A stretch of 64,000 nucleotides of DNA from Hamiltosporidium tvaerminnensis FI-OER-3-3 (lineage: Eukaryota; Fungi; Microsporidia): positions 62,001-126,000 of the forward strand of contig JAKIMF020000005.1 in the NCBI GenBank assembly GCA_022605425.2, in the 5' to 3' direction. Shown piece after piece: positions 25,600-37,500 of this stretch (its first letter is position 1; every line of letters starts with the position of its first letter). The notes below the pieces were generated by a model. That model saw nothing but the letters and a program-made list of their open reading frames with translations, ran no database searches and was not told the DNA's origin. The position numbers were made by a program, and so were the translations under genes.

Positions 25600-27250
25600 A
25601 TAATGAAGTAAATAAATTTTATATTTTGCAAAATTAATTAAAGATTTTTTAAGAAATCCGGTGATAAGGGAATTAAAAAAATTATAGATTAACCTGAAAC
25701 AAAGAAAATAATTTGTTATTATAAGGTATATTAAAGGAAATTATTTTGATGTGAACAATCGTAAAGATTTAAATTGAATTGAATTCACCTTTTTATTTAG
25801 TTTGTATTGAACCATTAGAAACATCAAAAAAATAGAAAAGTTAGTGCAGTATTTTTTGAATGTTTAAAAATTATATGAATGTATAAAAATAATTGTTAAA
25901 AAAAAGTGATTATTTTATTGATAATCTGTATTGTTTAACACAGTGTTTTTTTTTTTGATTTTTAATTCTAATAGATAATTAAAGGATTCGAAAATAAAGC
26001 GCAGGGTATATTTCATTAAAGTAGCGATAAGTTGATTTTAAAGCAGAAATACAGTGAATTGTTAAAAAAATTAACTAGACGTGATCTGAGAATAATAAAT
26101 AGGTGTAGAGTGATATTTAACACAGATCATATTTGAACTGAGCATGAATTTTCTTCTTTTGAAAATCAGTTGTTGGATTTTTTAGACAAGATGATATGAT
26201 ATCTAGAAAAAACATATACATTCATTTCTAACATATAAAAAATATAAATCACTTTTTAAAAAAGACGATGTTCAAATTTTAGAAATTTGAGTTCTACAGA
26301 AGTAGAAACTGTGAAATATTAAAAGGATTTGGATAAACGGAACGCTATTATTCATCTAACCCAAGGTAATAAATTTTAATTTATTTGTGAGAAAAAAAAC
26401 CTCGAAGCTCACGATGAATATTGTACATCTTTGTTTGATGGGCTTCATGTGTATTCTCCGATAATAACAAATGTTTTATTTTTGAAAATATTAAATTTGA
26501 GCTTTTGTTCGATAAAAGAAACCAAAAGTTAAAATGTATAACCTTGCCTCTGTTTTCATGAATAAATACATGTAACCGATTCTATCACAATGCAAACAAC
26601 TCGGTAAAGAACTTTTTAAAAGAAATATCGAACGGATTCCATATAAGGTTAATTGATATTATTGAGAACAATGTAAATATTCTAAAATTTTGTGTATCAT
26701 AAATACTTTCTGCAAATAAAAGGAATATTTCCATATAGCATTTTTTTGGCTAGAAATAAACTTAACAACAATTTACAATATTTTTAAACATTCTTTAACG
26801 ATTTAAAATATTATTTCAAAGCAAAAAATATTTTAATTGATTTTCAATATAAGTTATGTAAAGAAATAAAATTCGAATTTATATGCCAAGAATTAATACA
26901 AATTCATTTCTTAATATTGATCCATCTACTTTGAAACCTGTCATTATTCAAATTATCAGTATTCTAAATATTTTAATAATAAATTTGCAAATTATATAAC
27001 TGTTTTAGCCTAATTCAATTAAAAGTAAAAATAAATCGAATTTTTAAAGATACTTTTTACTTAAAAATAAATTCGGAATGTTTTTGAAGTTCAAAAGATA
27101 ATCAAAGCTTATTTAGTATAAATTTTATGCCATTTTTTTGCAGTTAGAAATTTAAAATTTATACTTTTCTGAAAATAACGAATTCTTCGGATTATATATC
27201 AAATTAAAGAAAGGCATTATATGAAAGTTGGTTTGGAAAATAAAATTTTC
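25600..27250 (+). pseudogene. Possible heavily decayed LRR-family gene
   Basis: Only short LRR-like fragments (e.g. LKILNLSFCSIKE); no long frame; boundaries uncertain. Confidence 0.3.
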
Positions 27251-27654
27251 TTAGATTAAGTTACTTGTTGTGTCGCTTTTTTTTATATTCTTTAAATAAA
27301 ATTTTATTTTTTTCTATCGCTCGCTTAATATACTTAGTTGAATTTTTTTTTTGTATTTTTGAGTTAATTATTCATTAAAATATTTAAAATCATTAATAAT
27401 TTTCGGAAAATTTAACGTTTTATTTGATTAAAGTGTTATAATTCGTTGATTTTCTAAATATGAATATTTTAACGACATTTCTTATTTTATAGTATTGTTT
27501 TAAACTTTTACAATCAATTGTTATTTTAACCTTTTTCTATTATTTTTTTCTCCAATCAAAATTGAACTGATTTTTTGAGATTATCAAATATGGATACGTT
27601 GGTATCCCTACCAAACCTATATTTTTCTCAAATAACTTTATAGTATTTTTAAAT

Positions 27655-28190
27655 TTTTAAATAAAATTACAAATTAGAAGCTTTTTTACGGACTTTTATG
27701 CTTTAATTTCAACCTCTAAGACTACTATCTGTTCTTCTTATATAACCGACTCTTTATTATTGTTTATCGTCGATTCTTGAAATGTGGTTCCTTCATCTAA
27801 AATTAAAAAGTGTTTCATTTGTTGTTTTAAAATATTTTACATCAATTTACTCGTTTCTCACTTGTTTTAAAGAGGTATTGGTTCATCATGCATCTCGGCT
27901 CTCTTAATAACACATATTTACGCTATTTACTAGCTCTTTTTGGCATTTTATCTAACACGAGTCTTTTTCATCGATCAAAGGAAATTGCTTCAGCTTTCTT
28001 CTAGGTACCATGGATTGAATTATGCCTCTTATTTGAGGGCATTTGGAATCTTTTGGAGTATGTTTTACGGTATTTTGAGACAATAATGTTCCGGGTCATC
28101 ACATATGGAATTTCTCAAAACTATGCTTATGAATAAGATTTAGCTCATTGGCAAACAGGTAATACTTCATACGTTTTTTTAGTTTTAAAT
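27655..28190 (-). mobile_element. Degenerate RLE retrotransposon 3' fragment R4
   Basis: Nucleotide similarity to R3 (e.g. TCGATCAAAGGAAATTG, GGTCATCACATA, CTCATTGGC). Confidence 0.8.
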
Positions 28191-29299
28191 ATTTGTATTT
28201 TGTATAAAACATTTAGAAAAATTATATCCATATTATTTCAACTTAAAATTTATAAAAAACTGGACATTTTTCAGTCGAATATATAAAATTGTGAAACAGA
28301 TGATTTATTTATGCTCAAATCAACATTTACTAGACGTGAAATTCTTAAAAAAACATCTATTTCAACCTATTTATGGTAAAAGTAAAATGTCGTTTATTTT
28401 AGATCTCTAATTCTTATAAAAAAATAAAAACTTATGAAAGAGATATGAAATTTACCAAATTTTGTAATAATTTGTTATTTATCTTAAAGTTAAATCCTTG
28501 GCTTTAGAAAATAAAAATTAAAGGAATATTCACAATAAAACTTTTCTGATTTCTAGGAATAGAAGAAATCAAAAATAAAATTTAAGTTCGCGTATTTGTA
28601 AAGAAAACTATACTTTATTTTTGGTTATTACGTTGTAATTTGTATATGCAAAAGAAGGTTTACAAAATTTAAAGATTTTTTCAAAGGAAGCTTTTAGTTT
28701 TCTATGTAAATAGATTGTGAGACTATAATAACATTTGGTATTTCCATGTAAATACAATGAAAAGTAGCCTTATTTACTAAGTCAAAAGACTTTACACCGG
28801 GGAATACAAAAATAAACTTATTAAATATTCCACTATATCAAATAGCAAGTTATATGTGTTACAATAACCTCACATCGTCTAATTTGACAAATAAAAAGGC
28901 TGAAATATATATTGGCCGGAACTCTTTTTGGTATGATAAGTCTAGATTGTGTGTAAACGCAGCAGGTCTTTTGGCCTAACGCGGGGTTCGACCTGCTATA
29001 ACACATAAATCAACCTATATTAAGAAATTCCAGCCCAATACTTCATATATGTCTTTATAACCCGGAAGAAAGTCAGACCAAAAAAAAGAAAAACGAATGA
29101 AGATGTAATTAAAATAGACCACGAAAACCAATCCAAAAAAAAGGAAAATAACTGAAAATGAAATTAAAATAGAAAAACGAAAAAGAAGTAGAGAATTAAG
29201 CTTACGAAATAGAAATAACCGAGAATTTATAAAAATAGAAAATGAGTGGAATTGCATCGAATAAATAACCGAAAATGAAATAGGAAAAAGAAATCGAAA

Positions 29300-31270
29300 T
29301 AATAAAATGTATAAAAATTTAATTATAAGAGAATGGAATATATTGATACAATATAAAGAAGTAATAATATTTTATTTTAATTATGAAAACGATTTCATTT
29401 TTAAGTTTAGGCTTTTTAATGACTATTAAAAGCATGCGAATTTCACAAAAGCGCCATTTTACTTTGCATGTGAAATTTCAATGGAATTGTTTTTAATATT
29501 TATAGATTCTGTAACACATTATGAAATTCAAAAATTTGAAACTAGAGTTACTCTTAGCGACCTTGAAACTATTTATCTGTTCTTTTTTGATTTTCTAAAT
29601 TCTATAACAGATTTCTACTTTTTATATGTTATCAAATTTATACTTAAGCATAAATTATTTAATCTTTCTAAAATTTATGAATTTACAACTTTTCTTAGCA
29701 ATTGTGATAGACAGTTAAATAATAAATTTTTTATATTTTTTAATGAAAATATTTGAATAATGAAAAGATATTTATTTTTAAAATCGACAATTATTTAAAA
29801 TCAAAAAAAATATTTAATTAATCACTGTAGTGAAGTAAAAAATTTAAATTTTTTATCCATCTTATAATTTAACTTTATCTAAAACAGCTTTAATTTATCT
29901 ATTTGAATTTTATGAACGAATATAAGAAAAATGGATTTGTTTTGCTTTTAAAATTAAGTAATATAACTACACTTAAATTTAATAAATTTATCGATACTTG
30001 TCATTAAACTTCCAAGCAAAAAAAAAGATGATTTACTTAATTATTATAGCTCAATAAGCACTCTTATCAGGAATTTAAAGTATAGTATTTATGAAAATCT
30101 TTTAACAAGGGTTGAAATCAAAGGTATTTGGATTCGAGATTTGTACAATGTATTTGCTGACTTTCCAAGTTTAAAATGCTTGGAAATTTCATCCTATAAA
30201 AGATTTCGCTACTTTTCAAAAGGTCTGAATCGTTTTTTACAACATCTAGATGAATTAATTATTAAAAATACGCCGATGCATATCTATGATATACAGAGCC
30301 TTCTGCCATCAAATATAAAGAAACTTAGTCTCTGTGGATGTAAACTATCTAATTTTTATTTCATGGCATGTGAATCTCCTGATTTTTATAAGAGTTTTAA
30401 AAATATTCATGTTTTGAATGAAATATGTATGAGGCCTTCTTTAAATTATTATAACGATGTTCATCTTTAGAATATATTTCGTTTAAAAATTCAAATGCTG
30501 GTTTGCGTAATGATTATTCTAAGCCAGTTGTGGCATTCTCTTCAAATTTAAAATATATGAATATTCTTGATTCGGATGTAAATATCACCAATATTTTTGC
30601 AAAAAATTCAAGTAATATTAGAAATTTGGAGGTTTTGAAAGTAAATATTTTTAAGATTATGAGAAAATTTTAGTAAAATTAATACAATCAAACATTACTC
30701 CTAATATGGAAGAGATTTGTCTAAAAAATCATACAATGGTTATGACACTATTCCCTAAGATTATAGACAATAATATATTCAGAACATTGAACTTCGGATC
30801 TTGCATAACTTTTGGGATTACACTGGCACAAATTTTTAATCACTTGCTCAGTAAAACTATTAAAAATATAAAAATAGGTCTTTATACTTTTTCAAAGGAT
30901 GACTATGGGTTTTTCACAAGTTACAAAATTTAGAGAGTTTGCATTTTAATGGGGCTTTTGTGTTTTAAAATTTACATTTGATCATTAGCATTTTACCTTC
31001 AAATAAAACTATTGAATGTATTCATATCGAAAACGCTTTTCTAAGTGTAAAAGATATCAGTTTTATCTCTACATTAAAAATTCGATCTTTAGAATTGATA
31101 AACACAAAGAATTTGATCTCTGAAATATATTATAATCTGAAAAAGGAAAATATGTAAAATTGCTTGATTAGGCTAAGAATAGAAAGACAAGTAGAACCAA
31201 AGAGTTTATATATAAAAGAATTTTTGAAATATTTCAAAAATCTAAAATATTTTGTTGTCAGTTAAGAGGA
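29300..31270 (+). pseudogene. Frameshifted LRR pseudogene, paralogue of 19899-22154
   Basis: IGLYTFSKDDYGFF vs IGDYTFDIEEYDIF; IHIENAFLSVKDISFISTLKIRSLELINTKNLISEIYYNL vs IHIEYCSLSEDDLRYISKLKISSLILIHTQKNLLQIYYNL. Confidence 0.8.
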
Positions 31271-31644
31271 ATAAGACACAAAAATTTCTCGCATTTTCTT
31301 TGAATCTAAGCAATAAAAATAATTTATGAAATATTAAGTATATATATTATATTTGAATATATAAAATTTTATGATTAGTTTTTGTTATATCTTCGCTTTT
31401 TTTATTGAGGTTATTGTATCTGTTTTTAAATTCAATAATTTATTTAATAGTCGTTTAAAATCTATAACTTTATATCTATTTTTAATTCAAATAGATACGT
31501 TGTTAAAAAATTTAATGGCTTCAAATTTAATGCTTATTATTGTTTTAATATATATTTATTGGATGTTTTTTTGAGAAATTAAGTCATACGATTTATTGGT
31601 TTATGTAGGTCTTATTTATGAATTTAGTGTTGACGAAATTCCTC

Positions 31645-32830
31645 GTTAAATAAAATCTGGGTTAACAGTCTTTCTATATTAAAATATTTATTCTACAATT
31701 CTAACAGTAAAAGTCTTGCTTTAGGAACACATTCCTATTTACTTCATTGTCAATTCCCTAACTGTAGTCATGTCATCAAAAATAAAAAGGAAAATATTTT
31801 TGATATTTTCTTTTTTATCACCATTTTACTGGTTATTATTCACTTGCCTAAAAAGGCTGTGTGTTTTTAATGCATTTCAGATTATTCAATAACACCTAAT
31901 GACGCTCTGTCACAGCTCTCTTCGGCATTTTGTCCTGACTCAAGTCCTCTTCGTGGATCAAAGGAAATTATTTCGACTGTCTTCTTAAGTACTATAGACT
32001 GAATGTATGGCTCTATATTCATGGGTATTTGTAGTCTTTTAAGATGAGATTTATGGTATTTTGTCACAACACCGTCCCAGGTCATCACATAAGGGATTAC
32101 CTCAACACTACACTTATAAATAAGACCCAACTCATTGGCTAGCAAGTCATACTTCCTAAGTCTTTCGGTTTCAACTATTTGAAGTGAATCTTGGGAATTA
32201 ATTCTTACTTAATGAGCGTTATCTTATTCTGCGTTCTGTATCTAAAATAAATATATCGGATCTATTATTACGAATTTGACATCAGTTATTATTTTGGGTT
32301 CCACTATTATTTCTGCATATTCGTTTTCAAGAGTTTCTAGACTTAGTGACTTCTAATTCGTTTTAAAGACTTTCATTTATATCTATTTAGTATGAATAAA
32401 TGTATACATTTTTAAATTTCATTGTGTCAGGTAATATGGTCATGACAAGCATTTTTCTACATCTTGTTGCTGAATGGTCTTCTATTTTCCTAAATTAATT
32501 GCAGTATTTGTGTATAACTTCTGATTCCCGCAATACAATTTTATTCTAGATATAGTAGAACACTACCTCATAACTTGATCTCATAGTTCCTTTCTTTAAT
32601 CTTCATAAGGAGTCAGTAACACTTACCACTTCGTTATTTCCTGCAGTATTTAGCTTTGAATTTTCTTTCATATTTCGTTATATAACTTAGCGAGTTTGCT
32701 TCTTCAGATTTCTTCTTAGGAACTCACACTTTTAACCTGTATTTCATCTCTAAAAAGTTTTTTTATTGGTGAAAGTTGGGTTTTATTGTTCACAACTTTC
32801 GAGATTGCTGCTCTTCTGGTCGATATTTGG
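31645..32830 (-). mobile_element. 5'-truncated RLE retrotransposon copy R5 (longest here, frameshifted)
   Basis: LANELGLIYKCSVEVIPYVMTWDGVVTKYH; similarity extends 5' to ISTRRAAI; 3' end GTTAACCCAGATTTTATTTAA. Confidence 0.9.
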
Positions 32831-33554
32831 AGTTAGGAAGAAGCCTTATTTTATAATATAGGATTCGTTTGTAATTGAATGTCATTGGGCAGCCTGTAAA
32901 GCCTCCTAACTCAGGTATGAAAAGGGGTATACTTTGAATCGATGATGGTTAAAGGCAATATATTTTTTGAACTATCAAGAATATAGGGTACCAAGATTCT
33001 ATGGTGAGAATATCGGATTCACTCCTGTAAGATTAAGGTAAAGGGTCTACTTTTTACCCTCTTTATCTTCGTAATGTGAAAGATTTGTGTTAAGCTGACA
33101 ACCTAATTGCTAAAAAACATATTTTTATGAAACACTCTTAACTTATTGGAGTTCAAATTTACTTTGGATTTCATTCCATCTTCAGGGAAATAAATAAACT
33201 AAAAAACACAAGGATTAGTCTCAGAACTAAATGTTAAGGGGAGGAAAGATATTATAGAACGTGATAAAAAGATAATAAATGTACGAACGAGCCGATTAAA
33301 TATTAGTAAATTTCCAAATCAGAATGAAGATCTAAAACTAAAAGGTTTAAAAAAACTTTTCTCCAGATTATGATAATTTACGAAAAAAAACCTCGATATA
33401 AGATTTTGAACCGAGGATCGAATACAAAGGAAAAGTATGTGAAACCGTGGGAATTATAGGATGCAAAAATAAATGACATAATCTTAAGGAATTTAATTGT
33501 TGAAAAATGCAAACAAAGAAGAATTTAAAATATTTTCTAGGAAAATGTTTATTT

Positions 33555-34592
33555 TTATTCAGATCCATAAGCATTTTGTATAAGTTCTTGAAATTCTCCC
33601 ATCTCTTTTCTTACTGGTCCAACTATAATTTCTACCATCTCTGCAACTGACTTCTTAAGATCTTGTGGGTGAATTATTTTTTCCACAAAATCATTTTCAA
33701 GTTCTTGGTATTTTTCATAGAAATTTTTTTTATTCAAGCTTTTGATAAATATTTCTACTTTCAAATTTTTAATTTCAAAAATTGGATAAATAATGTGTCT
33801 TATAAGGTACAACAGTCCAGTTTCTTTATTTCCTTCTTCACAGAAACACTTACGAATATTTTTTTCAATATTCTCTTTTGTTTCAAGCATATCAATTTTT
33901 GAGTATTTATCCGAACTACTCATCTTCTCTGAATTCAACCCGGGGATCATAGGATTCATAAGATGTGCTCGTTTTTTAAAACCAAGTTGTGGTAAATATT
34001 TCATTGCAAATGTAAAAATTTTGCGTTGATCTACTCCTCCAAATTGTGCATCAACATCCAAATATTCTTCATCCAGCGCTTGCATCAATGGATATATCAA
34101 TGAACTAAGCAATGGATTGCTAACCTGCTTAACCACTTCTGTCCCTGCTTTTTTTCCATCTCTCTCCGTCGTAATACTAGAAAGCTTATACAAATCCATC
34201 ACATATTTTGAACTCGTTTGAAAATCAGACCCTTTTATAAAAATAATTTTACCAAAACTGCTATTTTCAGAATCCACACCGATATTTGCAAGCATTGCTT
34301 TTATACAATTCTCGTAATATTGTGTTCTAAATCCAACAACTTCAAATTTACTTTTTAAATTATCAAGCATTGCATGTATATCAGCTAACAATATTTTAAC
34401 ATCACATCCAGCTATAAGAAAATCTCTTATTTTGAGAAGAGGAACATAATACGCTACATGTATTCTTCCTGTCGGTGCTGTTCCCCAATATATTTTTATT
34501 TTTTCGTTTTTTGGTTTTTCTGTTAATATTTCTTCGGATAAAATCTCTTGTAAATTTCTTTTTATAAGAAAAAGTTTTTCATCTGAAACCAT
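33555..34592 (-). CDS. TYS1: Tyrosyl-tRNA synthetase, cytosolic eukaryotic/archaeal type, 345 aa
   Basis: YWGTAPTGRIHVAY (HIGH-like), LADIHAMLDN, YPLMQALDEEYLDVDAQFGGVDQRKIF, KMSSS, HPQDLK; CCC 2 nt before the ATG. Confidence 0.97.
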   Translation of the reverse strand: MVSDEKLFLIKRNLQEILSEEILTEKPKNEKIKIYWGTAPTGRIHVAYYVPLLKIRDFLIAGCDVKILLADIHAMLDNLKSKFEVVGFRTQYYENCIKAMLANIGVDSENSSFGKIIFIKGSDFQTSSKYVMDLYKLSSITTERDGKKAGTEVVKQVSNPLLSSLIYPLMQALDEEYLDVDAQFGGVDQRKIFTFAMKYLPQLGFKKRAHLMNPMIPGLNSEKMSSSDKYSKIDMLETKENIEKNIRKCFCEEGNKETGLLYLIRHIIYPIFEIKNLKVEIFIKSLNKKNFYEKYQELENDFVEKIIHPQDLKKSVAEMVEIIVGPVRKEMGEFQELIQNAYGSE

Positions 34593-37500
34593 TAGGGTTT
34601 AAATCTGGAAAAATATATAAAAAGAAATCTTTGCAAAGATAACTACTAATCTACAAAAAATACTTTATTTAAATTAGATGTGTCATTGCGATAGGAACTA
34701 CAGATATTTTAAATATATTCTAGAAAGTATTTGATTTATATTGATTTTACACATTTAAAAAAATATTGCAACAGTTTATTAAAATGTGGTTTTGTAAAGC
34801 TTGAGATTGTGTAGAAGTAAAAATTTATATTTTCATAATCCAAAAATATTACTAAAACTTTATATCTTTATTGAAATAATCTGTATTTTTGACCGATTTG
34901 AAAGTTTAAATCATTATATTAAACATCTCGTATAAAATGTGTCAAATATGTAAACCTTTTGTTTTTAATTGTGATATTAAGATAAATGAATGGAAATAAT
35001 TTAATATTTTATAAACACACATTCAAATCAATAAAAAAAAATTTGCTACCTTGATTTTTAAATATCTATCATAATCGCATATAAATCATTGATAAAATTT
35101 AAATGTGCATATCAATGTTTTTTGATAAGAAAATTTTAAGCTTAAAAATTATAGCAGTTAACTTTTTTTCTTAGTAGAATTACAATTCTATATTTTCTCA
35201 TTTTTACATATTTTTATATAAAGTCCTTGAAGGCAAAAGACTATTTTTTCTAAAGGTTAAATAATTTTAACGTTTGTTTCATGAAAGGTATTACAATAAG
35301 ATGCTATGCCTTTATATAAATATGTCCGAAAGCCGATCAATATTATTTCATTTTGAGATTACAGATATATAATTTTTTTTAATTGAATGAGTTATTTTAC
35401 AAAATCTTTTATTAAAACCTAAGAGACTATAGAGAACCAAAAGACTGTAATTGATGAATTTTAATTTATAAATTAAGAATTCAGTTAAATTATATCAAAA
35501 TATTTTTTTAAGAAATTCATGACATATTGTCTAAAATAAAATACTTTTAAGTTTTGTATATTCCAAAATAAAATAAAATATAAAAACCTATTTTGCTTAT
35601 TTACTCAAACTACCAACATGTCTAGAAAATTAACAGAGGGACTTTTCATATATTTTAGAGTCTTGATTATGCTATAAACATAAATATAAAAATATAACAA
35701 AAATTCACTATTTTTTAGAAGCGTTAGTGACTCAAAATTATATTGGTATGATTTATTCATAAAATGGTATTTTTATTAAATCTAACCTTTTCTTTATCTA
35801 ATTATACAATATAATTCGACTTTCATACACAGATGCTTATTTGACTTTATTTTCCACTAAGCTTCAAATGAAAAGTAATTTATGATTTTTGACAAAAAAA
35901 TAGCCGTTTTTTTATTCAATATTTACAAATAGGATTAATTATATCTATATATAGTTTAAATAATCAAAAATAATGATTTTGTATGGTGAATTCACAAAAT
36001 CACTATATTTATACAAATTAGAATCTATTAATTTGATAGTTTGACTGAAGTGTAGAATAATTGTAAAATATTTTGATATTAAAACGAATGGAAATAAATA
36101 TATAATATTTAAACACGATCATTGGATATATAATTTGATTCAAGCCGTCGGAACAAATATAAAACGTTGGATGTTTAAAGTTTGATTTAATGTATAGAAA
36201 AACTTTCAACCTGCATAGAATTTGCAAAAAAAATTTAAAATAAATCCTATTATTAAGATATAACAAGCAATCTATATGTTGCAAGTAATTCTTAATCTAA
36301 TTTTAAGCTTTCGAAATAAATTCATATTTTTTGTTTTCAAATTTTCGCAAAACGGAATTGCGATTTGAAGAAAAAAATTTTAAGCTCACTGCCTTCCTAC
36401 TGCTACATTCTATAGAAACAGATTTTATGGTTTAGATGCAACCTAAACTAAATTTTTAGATATAATAATCTCTATAAGTTGTTGCATTGGCCACGTATAA
36501 ATATAAAACTACCTAATATGTCAATGAATAGCTCTTCACACGGAATATTTTTTGATATCGAAGAAGCTGATGGTGGGGAACATGTCCGCAAATATTTCAT
36601 TAATAAATGTCGTATTTTTAAGTTTCCTTCAATTTAATCTGAATTATTCTACACGAAAGCTACACTAAGCTTTTTTAAGGTGAATAAGATCTTTTCTATA
36701 TTTAAATCAATTGGTTTATTTTTATAATTTACAAGCAAATATTTGTTTTAGTTTTTAAATATAATTTATTTTTTTTCTAAATACATCACTTTCTGATGAG
36801 TTTGAAGAGGTTCTATTTTTCAGCATAGAAGATAAATTTCGAAAGTATAATTTTTATAAGTAAATATTTATAAATAAACTCTATTCAATTATCATAAGTC
36901 CAATTTGTACCTATAAAGAATTCATAAAAAATAGATTTTTAAAAGTAAATGCAATAAGTATCTAATTTAAGGATTTTAACTGATTTATCTATGGTTTAAT
37001 ATATTTTCAATAACAAATATTGTAAAATTTAGGTTTGTAGCTTTGACTTACTTTTATAGATTGGTACATTCATATTAGTGAAATATTACAGATCAAATAT
37101 TAACTTTTTGTTGAATCTATAGTATGTCTATTTTTTATAAAAAGAACTCGAAACGTAACAATGAATGTAGAAGACAAAACTAATATGTTCTAGAATATTA
37201 AAAAATGGGGATTTATAAAAATCTACTATATATTATTTATAAATATGGTAAAAACATAAATTTATATTGAAATTTGTACAAATCCTTAAAATATATTACT
37301 TTAAATATTATATCATAGCAAATTTTACAAAAAAATATGTTTCTTGTAAAATTTATAAGATTTTTGATCTAAATAATTTTATATGGTTATAAAAGCCACA
37401 TAACATTTGTTTTATTACATTGCTTTGTACTAATTCTGGTCTTAGAACTTAAGATTTTTCGTTTAAAAACATTCTGATTTAATATTTATATTGGGATCTG

